A stretch of 64,000 nt of DNA from Candidatus Gastranaerophilales bacterium (GCA_910587375.1 CAJULR010000022.1:8431-72430), one strand, 5' to 3'. Shown: positions 16,001 through 25,984, counted from the first letter of the stretch. Program-made: numbers and translations. The notes: generated from the sequence alone by a model not told the origin.

Positions 16001-18256
16001 TTATTGTTTTTGTTCGCCTTCTGCCGTGCTCCAAAATTTGAATATTCGAACCAAGCTTGAATAATCGTCTGTGAAGGGTTTTAAAAATTCATCGTCTTGT
16101 ATATCCATAGATTTAATTATAATCGCTTCGTTTTGGTTTGGATCTGCCATTTTGTAATCAAAATTTTTGAAATTATTATAAAGCTTATTTTTGGGCATAA
16201 ACACAATGAAATATTTGCTTATTGATTTATAATATCCCCTTTCTTCTTTCTTTATTGGTTTTCCGCCCGAAACCAAAACGGAGGCTTTTAGCCCTTCTTT
16301 GTCCGTAATTTTTTTCAAGGCTCTGTCGATGTCAAGGTATCGGTTGCTTATATGGAAAAGGATTAAACCGTCATCTTTAATGTGTTTTTTGTAAATGTCA
16401 AACGCTTCTTTTGTGATTAAATGGACAGGGATTGAATCAGATGAAAAGGCGTCCACTAAAAGAATATCAAAGTTTTGAGGTTCGCTTTTGTCTAAAACTA
16501 TTCTCCCATCGCCCATTTTAACGTCAACCCTGCCTCTTGCCTCTTCAAGATAGGTAAATTCATTCTTTGCAATTTCATACATTTTAGGGTCAATTTCATA
16601 AAATGTCATTTTATCGTTTTTTTCTGTATAAGAGGCTGTAGTGCCTGCTCCAAGGCCGATTACTCCAATATTTAACGGCCTGTTCTTCTTGTTTTGGAAA
16701 TTTTTCATTCCTTCAATTGCATATGAAAAAGCACTTAGGTCGCTATAATAGGTTAAAGGTGTTGTTTTATATTCACCCGTTTTGCTGTCGTAAAATTGTG
16801 CGCCATGTAAAGTGTTTCCGCTTGTTACGGTTTTAGCGTCCTGGAATTTTTTTGTTTTTACAACAAGTGTGCCATAAAAATTCCTTTTATATTTAAAAGT
16901 AGTATCTTTCTCGGGAAGCAAACCTCCAACATATCCTAAAATTCCGAGTATGATTGCTAAAACAAGGGCCGCTGTAATTTTTGCTTTAGAAAATATGTTT
17001 AGCGGTTTTTCTAGTAAAACATCTTTTATGAAAAGATATGTGGCAAAAGCGTACATAGCAATATTTATCAGGGGAAGTTCAGTATAGCTGTTAAAAATTA
17101 CGGGCGCAACAATATTTACGAAAAATCCGCCAAGAACTCCGCCAAAAGCAATTGCAAGGTAAAATTCACTTAATTTTGAAGCCTCGGGCCTTGTTTTGTA
17201 TATTTCTCCGTTACAAATCATAAGGAATGTGAAAAATATGGCTGCAATCATTATAATTGATAATAATGGGTGAGAAACTAAACCGTCTGATAAATTTCTC
17301 GTAAGAATGTTTATTAAGGTAAACACAGGAACAAGAATAAGAAGCAGGGTTTTATTATAAAATTTTTCAGACCCAAAGCAAAGAACAAATGTTAAAAGAT
17401 AAAGCCCCAAAAACAACGTCCAAAGTAAAGGCATTGGGAGAATTTTAACCGTAACATATGTTGTGTATGATGTTAAAAGAATTGTGCCTGCTGCGCTTAG
17501 CGAAATCCAGTATAAAAGGCTTTTAGCCTGAATTTTTTCTTTTACGTCTTCTTTTGTTTCTCCATTTTTGGAATTTGTGAAATATAAAACAGAGGCTGAT
17601 ATAATAAGCAGCACAAGAAATGCAAAAACGCTGTGCCAAAGTTTTACCGTTGCAGAAATGGTCATTATGGGTTCATAAATTAACGGGTATAAAAAGAGGG
17701 CAAGAAATGAGCCTATATTTGAAATTGAATATAAAATATAAGGAGGCTCGCCTGTTTGTTTTGTATACCAATTTTGCATAGAAACGCTAATTGTAGAGAG
17801 CACCAAAACCGGGAGCATTGCATATTTAAACAAAGATGTAAACAAAGAAAGAAGAGGCTTTTGGTCAAATCCTGCGATATTTATAAGCCAGCTTCCAAAT
17901 TCTGTCGGAAGCTTAAAAAGAACAAGTGCCAAAATAAATAGAATAGCGTAAACAATAGCGTTAGTTTTTGGTTTCAGTTTGTTTAAAAACAGGGCAAGAA
18001 GATAGCCTGCAAATAAAATAAATTGAAAAAACAAAAGACAAGCGGCCCAAATGTCTGCCCCGCCGCCGTATTGGGGGGTTAAAATTTTCCCTGTAATCGG
18101 CTGAAACATAAATGTTAAAAAGGCGCCTAAAAATATAATCAGCGCATATAAAACTTTGCTTACAACAAGCGTATTTTCCTTTTTCATAAATTTCCCCAAA
18201 AATTTAATTGCTCCGTTTATTCCTTGATTATATATAAAAAAGCCAATAACAAACAA
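16001..18256 (-). CDS. polytopic membrane protein fused to a spermidine synthase-like methyltransferase-fold domain
   Basis: The N-terminal half has many TM helices. The C-terminal half carries GVIGLGAGTTASY...FYEIDP...DILLVDAFSSDSIPVHL, a spermidine-synthase-like pattern. An alternative start is ATG 18187 (MKKENTL). Confidence 0.8.
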   Translation of the reverse strand: MFVIGFFIYNQGINGAIKFLGKFMKKENTLVVSKVLYALIIFLGAFLTFMFQPITGKILTPQYGGGADIWAACLLFFQFILFAGYLLALFLNKLKPKTNAIVYAILFILALVLFKLPTEFGSWLINIAGFDQKPLLSLFTSLFKYAMLPVLVLSTISVSMQNWYTKQTGEPPYILYSISNIGSFLALFLYPLIYEPIMTISATVKLWHSVFAFLVLLIISASVLYFTNSKNGETKEDVKEKIQAKSLLYWISLSAAGTILLTSYTTYVTVKILPMPLLWTLFLGLYLLTFVLCFGSEKFYNKTLLLILVPVFTLINILTRNLSDGLVSHPLLSIIMIAAIFFTFLMICNGEIYKTRPEASKLSEFYLAIAFGGVLGGFFVNIVAPVIFNSYTELPLINIAMYAFATYLFIKDVLLEKPLNIFSKAKITAALVLAIILGILGYVGGLLPEKDTTFKYKRNFYGTLVVKTKKFQDAKTVTSGNTLHGAQFYDSKTGEYKTTPLTYYSDLSAFSYAIEGMKNFQNKKNRPLNIGVIGLGAGTTASYTEKNDKMTFYEIDPKMYEIAKNEFTYLEEARGRVDVKMGDGRIVLDKSEPQNFDILLVDAFSSDSIPVHLITKEAFDIYKKHIKDDGLILFHISNRYLDIDRALKKITDKEGLKASVLVSGGKPIKKEERGYYKSISKYFIVFMPKNKLYNNFKNFDYKMADPNQNEAIIIKSMDIQDDEFLKPFTDDYSSLVRIFKFWSTAEGEQKQ

Positions 18257-18294
18257 TCGTTTACAGTTCTTTATATTTAAAGTATAATTTTTCT

Positions 18295-19851
18295 ATGGAA
18301 AGATTTTATATTACAACGGCTATTGATTATGTAAACGGCGCACCGCACATTGGGCATGCGTATGAAAAAATTTATACTGATATTTTATTCAGGCATTTTA
18401 AAAAACGTGCAGCAGAAACGTTCTTTTTAACAGGAACGGATGAGCATGGCATTAAAATACAAAAAACTGCAAAGGCTAACGGGATTACTCCAAAAGAGCT
18501 CTGCGACGCCAATGCTGCACAGTTTATGGAAGCTTGGAAGCTTTTAGATATTGAATATTCAAAGTTTATAAGAACAACAGATGATTATCACGAAAAAATT
18601 GTGCAAGATATTTTTGAAAAACTTCTTGAACAGGGCGATATCTATAAACATAGCTACACTGGGCTCTATTGCAGCGGTTGTGAAACCTTTTTAAACCCAA
18701 AAGACTTGGATGAAAACGGAAACTGCCCGATTCATGGTAAAAAACCAGAGGAAGTTTCAGAGGAAAATTATTTCTTCAAGCTTACAAAATACAAAGATAA
18801 AATTATTGAACACATAAAGAAAAACCCCGGTTTCATTTTGCCTGAATTTAGGGCAAACGAGGTTTTAAACCAGCTTGAAAACATTGAAGACATTTCTGTT
18901 TCCCGTGCAAAAACAAATGTTGAGTGGGGAATTGAAGTAAAATCTGACCCAAGCCAGGTAATTTACGTTTGGATTGACGCGCTTTCAAACTATATCACTG
19001 CCCTTGGGTATGATGTGAATGGCAACCACGATGAAAACTTTAAAAAATTCTGGCCTGTAAATTTTCATATAATCGGTAAAGATATTTTAAAATTCCATTC
19101 AATTTATTGGATTGCAATTCTTATGGCGCTTGGTGTCGAGCTTCCGAAAGGAATTTATGCCCATGGCTGGATTACAATTGATCAAAATAAAATGTCAAAA
19201 TCAATTGGAAATGTTATTGCACCAAAGACCATAATTGAAGACTACGAATTGAAAAACCCGGACGCACTTCGCTATTTTATGGCAACTGCGGCGTCAAACG
19301 GCAAAGACGGAAATTATTCTGACGTTGATTTCAAAGAAAAAGTGAATGCAGATCTTGCAAACAATATGGGAAACCTTTTAAACCGTACGTTAAATATGCT
19401 TGTAAAATATTTTGACGGTGAAATTAAGCCTGAATTTGTTGAAGACAATGAATTAAACTCAAAGGCTGAAAAGGTTCTAAAAGATGTTTGTGCATTTTTC
19501 GATAAGTGCGACATAGCTTCTGCTGCAAACTGCATAATTAGTCTTGTGGATGAAGCAAATAAATATGTAAACGACACTGCACCCTGGGCTCTTGCAAAAA
19601 ATGAGCAAATGACAGAATGTGGCAAAGTTTTATACAATGTTTTAAATTTAATGGCAAAAATTACGCTCTTAATTGAACCTTACTGCCCGACCATAGCCAA
19701 AATGATGGCAGACCAGCTGAGGGTTGACATAAATTTAAAATATTCGGAGCTAATGCCAAATATGATTAGTTCAGGTAAGTTAATTTCAAAAGATGAAATC
19801 ACTCCGGTTTTCTTAAGACTAGACAGTGAATTTGCTACTAATAAAAAATAA
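18295..19851 (+). CDS. metG: methionine--tRNA ligase
   Basis: Class I HIGH (APHIGHAY) and KMSKS motifs, with CxxC...C..H zinc knuckle residues. Confidence 0.95.
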   Translation: MERFYITTAIDYVNGAPHIGHAYEKIYTDILFRHFKKRAAETFFLTGTDEHGIKIQKTAKANGITPKELCDANAAQFMEAWKLLDIEYSKFIRTTDDYHEKIVQDIFEKLLEQGDIYKHSYTGLYCSGCETFLNPKDLDENGNCPIHGKKPEEVSEENYFFKLTKYKDKIIEHIKKNPGFILPEFRANEVLNQLENIEDISVSRAKTNVEWGIEVKSDPSQVIYVWIDALSNYITALGYDVNGNHDENFKKFWPVNFHIIGKDILKFHSIYWIAILMALGVELPKGIYAHGWITIDQNKMSKSIGNVIAPKTIIEDYELKNPDALRYFMATAASNGKDGNYSDVDFKEKVNADLANNMGNLLNRTLNMLVKYFDGEIKPEFVEDNELNSKAEKVLKDVCAFFDKCDIASAANCIISLVDEANKYVNDTAPWALAKNEQMTECGKVLYNVLNLMAKITLLIEPYCPTIAKMMADQLRVDINLKYSELMPNMISSGKLISKDEITPVFLRLDSEFATNKK

Positions 19852-19885
19852 TTAAATTCCAGAAACAGTGTTTAAAATCGTGAAG

Positions 19886-20098
19886 TTAGTCAAACAGGTT
19901 TTTTATATCTGTGTCTAATATCTGTGCGATTTTAATTAATTTTTTCAAACTTGGTGCCCTTTCAGCTCTTTCTACATGACCTACAAATTTGTCATTTGCA
20001 GAAATAATTTCCGACAGTCTTTCCTGAGATAATCCTCTTAGCAATCGATATTTCCGTATATTTTTTCCTATTTTTACATATACAGGTTTATCTTGCAT
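19886..20098 (-). CDS. XRE-family HTH transcriptional regulator (70 aa)
   Basis: IGKNIRKYRLLRGLSQERLSEIISANDKFVGHVERAER is a Cro/CI-type HTH. The gene is divergent from the sigma factor gene. Confidence 0.8.
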   Translation of the reverse strand: MQDKPVYVKIGKNIRKYRLLRGLSQERLSEIISANDKFVGHVERAERAPSLKKLIKIAQILDTDIKNLFD

Positions 20099-20189
20099 AA
20101 ATTAAGATTATATATTATACTAATTTAGCAACAGTGCTAAATAAGCACCATTTTTTAAAAAATTAAGTTTCAAACTAAATATAATTCAG

Positions 20190-20220
20190 CGCGGGCGTTT
20201 TTCTTTTCGCCCGTTTTTTT
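20190..20220 (+). terminator. orphan intrinsic terminator-like hairpin in the sigma-factor upstream region
   Basis: Stem cgggcg/cgcccg with a 10-nt loop followed by T7. No plus-strand gene ends just upstream. Confidence 0.45.
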
Positions 20221-20505
20221 AGTATTTATACGGGTTTTCAAGGAATTGTTCCCCACTAATATTTTGCTTTATATGTTAAATATTTGAAATAAAATTTAAT
20301 TTTTAATTATAAATATTTTACTAATAATATTAATATTTGTTTAGAAATTGAATAAAAAACAGCCAAAATGCTTTTAATGTAAAGTAATGTTAAGAATATT
20401 ATTGTCCCCGGATTTTAAAACCCCGTCCATAAGCATTATTGTCTAAACCGGAGATAAAATGATATAATCTTAATTGAATGTGAGCAGTTTATTTTAAGTT
20501 AGGAT

Positions 20506-21309
20506 ATGCAAGCGGAGAATTTTACCACAGATACCGTTGAAGAAGTCAATATGTGGCTTAAGGAATATAAAGAAACCGGGGACGAAGCGACAAAGAAAAA
20601 GCTCCGGGATTTAATTGTGCTTGCCTATATGCCGCTTGTAAAAAAGGTTGCGCGCGGTTTTGCAAGGCGCTCCACTGACCCTGTTGAAGATATTACACAA
20701 GTTGGCTCTATGGGCCTCATTAAGGCAATTGATTTGTTTAAATCAGATATAAGTTCAAACTTCAAAACCTATGCCACATATTTAATTACAGGGGAAATTA
20801 GGCACTATTTAAGGGATAAAACTACAATTATAAGGGCGCCAAGGGAAATTAAAGAATTGTCCTATCGTGTACACAAGTTAACGCTTGAATTAACAGAAAG
20901 GCTTGGCTGCCAGCCAACGGACGAACAAATTGCCCAGGCTTTGCAAATGCCCGCCAAAAAAATTGAAGAAGTAATAGAGCTTGAGCGCAGAACAACAACC
21001 GTTTCAATTGATCAAATTATAGGTTCGGAAGAAAACGGCCAGACGCCTTTAATGGATAAAATTGCGGATGAAAAAGATAAAAATCTTATAAACGCTTTTG
21101 AAAATAAAATGATTTTAGAGGACGCTATTAAAAAGCTTTCCTTGGAAGACAGACAAATTATCACCATGAATTTCTTTGAAGGATTAAATCAAAGGGAAAT
21201 TTCAGAACGCTTGAACATTTCTCAAATGCAGGTTTCAAGGAAATTGAAAAAATCTTTAAACAAACTTTTTGAACTCATCACCAAAAAAGGCGTAACACAT
21301 TATGATTGA
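20506..21309 (+). CDS. group-3 sigma-70 family factor (SigF/SigB-like)
   Basis: Region 2 (FKTYATYLITGEIRHYLRD) and region 4.2 (REISERLNISQMQVSRKLKKSL) are present. Size and motifs are typical of the SigB/F/G clade. Confidence 0.9.
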   Translation: MQAENFTTDTVEEVNMWLKEYKETGDEATKKKLRDLIVLAYMPLVKKVARGFARRSTDPVEDITQVGSMGLIKAIDLFKSDISSNFKTYATYLITGEIRHYLRDKTTIIRAPREIKELSYRVHKLTLELTERLGCQPTDEQIAQALQMPAKKIEEVIELERRTTTVSIDQIIGSEENGQTPLMDKIADEKDKNLINAFENKMILEDAIKKLSLEDRQIITMNFFEGLNQREISERLNISQMQVSRKLKKSLNKLFELITKKGVTHYD

Positions 21310-22291
21310 TTTAAATACGGTTTTAGCAATTTTTGTATTCATAACAGGTGCTTGTATTGGAAGTTTCTTAAATGTTGTGGCGCTTCGCGGGCTTTCTGGC
21401 GAAAGCATTGTTTTTCCGCCTTCAAAATGTCCAAAATGCAACAATAAATTAAATTGGTATACAAATATCCCGATTATTTCATATTGTTTTTTAAGGGGGA
21501 AATGCCAGTTTTGTAAAGAGCACATTTCGCTTCAATATCCTGTTGTTGAATTTTTGAATGCGCTTCTTTACCTTTTTTGCTTTTTATCCTTTGGCTGCAC
21601 GGCAAAAACGGTGTTTTTATGTATTTTAATATCGCTTTTTCTTGTAATTGCAATAACCGATTTCAAAGAAAGCGTTGTAATTGACGCTCATACATATGTT
21701 ATTATTGCTCTTGGGCTTATATATAATATTGTTCCTTTTGGTTGCCCTTTTGGCGAAGCAGGAATTGTTCAAAGTGTCCTCGGCATTCTTCTTGGGGCGA
21801 TTTTCTTTGAAGCTATAGCGCGAATTGGCTATCTTTTTGCCGGAACCCGTGCTTTTGGCGAAGGGGACACGTTAATTGCAATGGGTATTGGCGCATTTTT
21901 TGGTTGGAAAACCCTTCTTGTAATCATATTTATGAGCATTATTCTTCAAGCCGTTTTAACGCTTCCAATGCTTTTCCACAAGGCACTTAAAGAAAAACAG
22001 TATAAAAGTGCCGCTGCATACATTGTGCTTGTTTTTTGCGTTGGTTTAGTGTGGGCTTTCAGAGAATTTAATATATATAATATCTTTCCCCTGATTTTAA
22101 TTTTGCTTCTTATGGTCTGTGCTATGCTTCTTTGGGCGCTTTGCACGATTTTAGCTGATATGAAAAATAAAAAGGAAACAAACAATTTTCTATATCTCCC
22201 TTTTGGCCCGGCGCTTGTTCTTGCAGGCCTAATCACAGTGTTTTTCCAAAGCTCAATCATTGCATTTATAAAAAACATTTTCTTTTTGTAA
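21302..22291 (+). CDS. pilD: prepilin peptidase (A24 family, PilD-like)
   Basis: N-terminal CPKC...CQFC zinc motif. Two catalytic Asp contexts (ITDFKES, GEGDTLIAMGIG). Polytopic. The ATG overlaps the sigma factor stop (ATGATTGA). Confidence 0.9.
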   Translation: MIDLNTVLAIFVFITGACIGSFLNVVALRGLSGESIVFPPSKCPKCNNKLNWYTNIPIISYCFLRGKCQFCKEHISLQYPVVEFLNALLYLFCFLSFGCTAKTVFLCILISLFLVIAITDFKESVVIDAHTYVIIALGLIYNIVPFGCPFGEAGIVQSVLGILLGAIFFEAIARIGYLFAGTRAFGEGDTLIAMGIGAFFGWKTLLVIIFMSIILQAVLTLPMLFHKALKEKQYKSAAAYIVLVFCVGLVWAFREFNIYNIFPLILILLLMVCAMLLWALCTILADMKNKKETNNFLYLPFGPALVLAGLITVFFQSSIIAFIKNIFFL

Positions 22292-22456
22292 TAATTGTTA
22301 ATCTTGAAAAACCTTATTTGAAAAAGGTTTCAGGCTAAATAAACATTAATTGTAACAAAAACTTTACAAAATACACGGAGTCAGGCAATTTTTCTTTGTA
22401 TATATTTTTTATATAAGTACGAGATATATAAGAGATATTCAAAGAGGAACTAACAA

Positions 22457-22849
22457 ATGACAATAATGGCAGCAACAAGCTCACAAAACAACCGAGGCGG
22501 AAACGGAAGATATATGCCATTGAAAAGAACAGGCGCTTCAAACGGAACATTTGACCGTTTAAACACAGAAGGCCTTCTTGAAACTTTGAATGCAATTGAT
22601 GAAAGAAATATAAGAACAATATTTAAACAGGCAAAAGACCCTGTTGAATTGGCGTTTGACCATATCGACCGCCAATCATTAAAAAAAGTTACCACAGATG
22701 CTATTAAAGATAGCATTAGCGATATGAGAGGGAGCATCGACGATTTTAAAGATGCAATGGTTGACATCAAAGGCTCTTTAGGAGATTTTGTTGAATTCAT
22801 CGGTAAAATATTTACATCAAACGAAGAATTCATTCCTGAAGCAGTTTAG
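22457..22849 (+). CDS. hypothetical protein (130 aa)
   Basis: Track ORF with AGAGGA 8 nt upstream of the ATG. No recognisable domain. Confidence 0.5.
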   Translation: MTIMAATSSQNNRGGNGRYMPLKRTGASNGTFDRLNTEGLLETLNAIDERNIRTIFKQAKDPVELAFDHIDRQSLKKVTTDAIKDSISDMRGSIDDFKDAMVDIKGSLGDFVEFIGKIFTSNEEFIPEAV

Positions 22850-22963
22850 TTTGCAAGTTTTAAGCCCTAAACAGCAAAAGCTGTTATAAATGGTCAAAAA
22901 GGGGTCGAAACTTTGCATTCCAAAGATTAATATTCTTTGGCAATAAGGTTATGGTTTAAAAAT

Positions 22964-22997
22964 AAAAGAGGCACATTTTTAATTTGTGCCTCTTTTA
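22964..22997. terminator. bidirectional intrinsic terminator between convergent genes
   Basis: Stem agaggcac/gtgcctct, with an A-tract upstream and a T-tract downstream. Confidence 0.7.
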
Positions 22998-23043
22998 ATG
23001 TTTGTGTCACAGGGCAGCTCGCCTTGGAGGGCTTAACAAAAGC

Positions 23044-25131
23044 CTATGCGTTTGCGCCCGCTTTTGCAATGATTTCAGATTCAACGTTTGATGGAACCTG
23101 TTCATATTTTGCAAATTCCATAGAGAATGTGCCGCGGCCTTGAGTATTTGATCTCAAGTCTGTAGCGTAACCGAACATATTAGCCAACGGTACAACCGCA
23201 CGAACGATAACGTTTCCTGTGTTTCCTTGCGGTTCTTGGCCTTCGATACGTCCTCTTCTTCTTGAAATGTCACCGATGATTGTACCTGTAAATTCATCAG
23301 GAATTTCAATTTCAACCTTCATCATAGGTTCAAGGATAACAGGTCTAGCCTTTTTGCAACCGTCTTTAATTGCCATAGAACCTGCGATTTTAAATGCCAT
23401 TTCAGAAGAGTCAACTTCGTGGAATGAACCATCGTAAAGTTCAACTTTAACGTCAATCATCGGGAATCCTGCTAAGATACCGCCTTCAAGGGCTTCTTCC
23501 ATACCTTTTCTTGCAGGTTCAATGTATTCTTTTGGAATTGCACCACCAACGATTTTGTTTTCAAACACAAATCCTGCGTTTTCTTCTGCCGGAGCAATTC
23601 TGATTTTAACGTGGCCGTATTGACCTTTACCGCCTGACTGACGGATGAATTTAGAGTCTTGATCAGCGTTTCCTCTGATTGTTTCTCTGTATGCAACCTG
23701 CGGCTTACCAACGTTTGCTTCAACCTTGAATTCACGAAGCATACGGTCAACGATGATGTCAAGGTGAAGTTCGCCCATACCGGAGATGATTGTTTGGCCG
23801 GTTTCTGTGTCTGTTTTAACTTGGAATGAAGGATCTTCTTCAGCAAGTTTTTGAAGGGCAATACCCATTTTGTCTTGGTCAGCTTTTGTTTTAGGTTCGA
23901 TTGCAACTGAAATTACAGGGGTTGGGAAGCTCATTCTTTCTAACACAATCGGAGATTTTTCATCGCAAAGTGTATCCCCTGTTGTTGTGTCTTTCAAACC
24001 AACAGCCGCGCAAATGTCTCCGGCGCAAACTTCTGAAATTTCGTTTCTTTGATCAGCATACATTTGAACCAATCTTGAAATACGTTCTTTTTTGCCGCTT
24101 GTAGAGTTTAATACATAAGAACCTGAAGTTAATTTTCCTGAATAAACTCTCATAAATGTTAAACGGCCAACAAACGGGTCTGTCATAACTTTGAATGCAA
24201 GTGCTGCAAACGGTTCGTCGTCTGAAGAATGACGTTCTGTCTTGCTTCCGTCTTCAAGTTCGCCTTCAATAGCTTTAACATCCAACGGAGAAGGCATTAA
24301 TTCAACAATTGAATCCAATAATAATTGAACACCTTTGTTTTTAAATGCTGTACCGCAGGTTACAGGAACGATTTTGTTGTTGCAAACTGCTTTTCTAAGG
24401 CCTGCTTTTAATTCTTCAACCGTGATAGATTCAGGGTCTTCAAAGAATTTTTCCATTAAAGCGTCGTCTTCTGAAGCAATTGCTTCAACTAATTCATCTC
24501 TGTATTTTTTAGCTTCTTCAAGCATATCTGCAGGGATGTCTTCTTCTTTAATATCTGTTCCGAGATCGTTTGTATAAATTTCAGCCTTCATTGTAAAAAG
24601 GTCGATTAAACCTCTGAATTTATCTTCAGCGCCGATTGGAAGCCTGATAGGAAATGCAGGAGCGCCCAATCTGTTTTTGATTTGGTCAACTACACGATAG
24701 AAATCTGCACCGGTTCTGTCCATTTTGTTAACGAAAACCATACGCGGAACTTCGTATCTGTTTGCCTGACGCCATACGGTTTCAGACTGTGATTGAACAC
24801 CGCCAACCGCACAGAATACAGCAACAACGCCGTCTAATACCCTTAAAGAACGTTCAACCTCAATTGTGAAGTCAACGTGCCCGGGGGTGTCGATTACGTT
24901 AATTTGGTGTCCTTTCCATTCAGCAGTAACTGCGGCTGATTGAATTGTGATACCTCTTTCTCTTTCCTGGTCCATAAAGTCTGTTACGGCAGCACCATCG
25001 TGCACTTCGCCGATTTTATGGGTTTTACCTGTATAGAACAAGATACGTTCTGTAGTAGTGGTTTTGCCGGCGTCGATGTGGGCAGCAATACCAATGTTCC
25101 TTATCTTTTCCAAAGGAGTTTTTCTTGCCAT
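23044..25131 (-). CDS. fusA: translation elongation factor G
   Basis: Full-length canonical EF-G ([35 protein letters not shown]). The N-terminal third closely resembles cyanobacterial EF-G as I remember it. Confidence 0.97.
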   Translation of the reverse strand: MARKTPLEKIRNIGIAAHIDAGKTTTTERILFYTGKTHKIGEVHDGAAVTDFMDQERERGITIQSAAVTAEWKGHQINVIDTPGHVDFTIEVERSLRVLDGVVAVFCAVGGVQSQSETVWRQANRYEVPRMVFVNKMDRTGADFYRVVDQIKNRLGAPAFPIRLPIGAEDKFRGLIDLFTMKAEIYTNDLGTDIKEEDIPADMLEEAKKYRDELVEAIASEDDALMEKFFEDPESITVEELKAGLRKAVCNNKIVPVTCGTAFKNKGVQLLLDSIVELMPSPLDVKAIEGELEDGSKTERHSSDDEPFAALAFKVMTDPFVGRLTFMRVYSGKLTSGSYVLNSTSGKKERISRLVQMYADQRNEISEVCAGDICAAVGLKDTTTGDTLCDEKSPIVLERMSFPTPVISVAIEPKTKADQDKMGIALQKLAEEDPSFQVKTDTETGQTIISGMGELHLDIIVDRMLREFKVEANVGKPQVAYRETIRGNADQDSKFIRQSGGKGQYGHVKIRIAPAEENAGFVFENKIVGGAIPKEYIEPARKGMEEALEGGILAGFPMIDVKVELYDGSFHEVDSSEMAFKIAGSMAIKDGCKKARPVILEPMMKVEIEIPDEFTGTIIGDISRRRGRIEGQEPQGNTGNVIVRAVVPLANMFGYATDLRSNTQGRGTFSMEFAKYEQVPSNVESEIIAKAGANA

Positions 25132-25255
25132 TGTTATTTTCCTTTTCTAAATTTGAATAGTACTTATCTTAATTCTATTCTCACATAAAAATACTCAATA
25201 GCAAGGACTTTCGCTTGAAGCCTCTCTCTATAATATTTATATGGCGATGTAAAAA

Positions 25256-25465
25256 TCAAAAGAAATATTTCATATCCACCCCGAAAAATTCAGCAAGTTT
25301 GTATAAAGTTTTAATGTTTATTGAGTGTTTACCGTTTTCAATGTTTGAAAGGTGGTCCCTTGAAATTTCAACTTCAAAGGCGACTGCCTCTTGAGAGAGT
25401 TCTTTTTCAAGCCTCAAATGCTTTAACCGTCTGCCTATTTCGTTCTGCAATGCCTTAATGCCCAT
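25256..25465 (-). CDS. XRE-family HTH transcriptional regulator (69 aa)
   Basis: IGRRLKHLRLEKELSQEAVAFEVEISRDHLSNIENGK. It shares the LSNIENGK block with the regulator at 7399. Confidence 0.8.
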   Translation of the reverse strand: MGIKALQNEIGRRLKHLRLEKELSQEAVAFEVEISRDHLSNIENGKHSINIKTLYKLAEFFGVDMKYFF

Positions 25466-25470
25466 ATAAT

Positions 25471-25635
25471 TTATTCTTCTCTATCAAGCTCTTGAAGAGC
25501 ATATTCACAGCACTGCTGGACTAAATTATTTAAAGAAACACCCTTATCCTGTGCAACAATTTGCAGCTCCTGCACCAGCTTTGCGGGCAGTCTGAAAGTT
25601 TTATTTATCATTTCAGGTTTTTCAACTTTGAACAT
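25471..25635 (-). CDS. ribbon-helix-helix (CopG/Arc-like) small protein, 54 aa
   Basis: Hand-translated ORF below the track cutoff: MFKVEKPEMINKTFRLPAKLVQELQIVAQDKGVSLNNLVQQCCEYALQELDREE. The pattern is a beta-strand (TFRLP) followed by two helices. It is packed 3-5 nt from both neighbouring genes. Confidence 0.5.
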   Translation of the reverse strand: MFKVEKPEMINKTFRLPAKLVQELQIVAQDKGVSLNNLVQQCCEYALQELDREE

Positions 25636-25638
25636 CGT

Positions 25639-25854
25639 CTAATCAAATTTTAATCCTATTTTTGCATTGGCAATCTGTGCTATCAGGTTTGCTTCCTCAA
25701 ATCTCAAACTTTTACGGCGCACCCTTGCATATAAAGATTGCCTTGAATATTTTTTGCCGGTTTTTTGTGTCAATAATTCAGCAATTTGTGCATAAGTTAA
25801 ACCGGTTTGTGCCTGAATATGTTTGATAAATTGATTTGCGTCCATACCCTGCAT
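25639..25854 (-). CDS. small HTH DNA-binding protein (71 aa)
   Basis: TGLTYAQIAELLTQKTGKKYSRQSLYARV is HTH-like. It is the first gene of the three-gene minus-strand regulator array. Confidence 0.6.
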   Translation of the reverse strand: MQGMDANQFIKHIQAQTGLTYAQIAELLTQKTGKKYSRQSLYARVRRKSLRFEEANLIAQIANAKIGLKFD

Positions 25855-25866
25855 TCTAAAATCTTA

Positions 25867-25894
25867 TTGACTTATGTACAAATATATATACAAT
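25867..25894 (+). promoter_or_regulatory. candidate sigma-70-type promoter TTGACT-16 nt-TACAAT for the 906-aa gene
   Basis: TTGACT at 25867-25872 and TACAAT at 25889-25894. A second candidate is acGACA-17-TATAAT at 25918-25946. Confidence 0.4.
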
Positions 25895-25904
25895 ATTGTA
25901 TATA
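25885..25904. promoter_or_regulatory. perfect 20-bp palindrome tatatacaat|attgtatata, candidate operator
   Basis: Verified base by base. It overlaps the candidate -10 and lies between the divergent regulator array and the 906-aa gene. Confidence 0.5.
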
Positions 25905-25984
25905 GTTATATACATATACGACACAACTAGGTTAACTGGATATAATTTTTGATTGTTGATTAATTAAAAAAAAGGAATTATAAA

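Noticed and set aside
23472-23906. 144-aa minus-strand ORF and several plus-strand ORFs inside fusA
   Set aside because: These are alternate-frame or antisense ORFs within a highly conserved, full-length EF-G coding sequence.
25855-25984. Cyanobacterial SigF-type promoter (TAGGC ... GGTAA as I remember it) upstream of the giant genes
   Set aside because: TAGGT occurs at 25928, and also inside the H2 repeats, but no properly spaced GGTAA-like -12 element is present. I cannot support a SigF promoter call from sequence alone.
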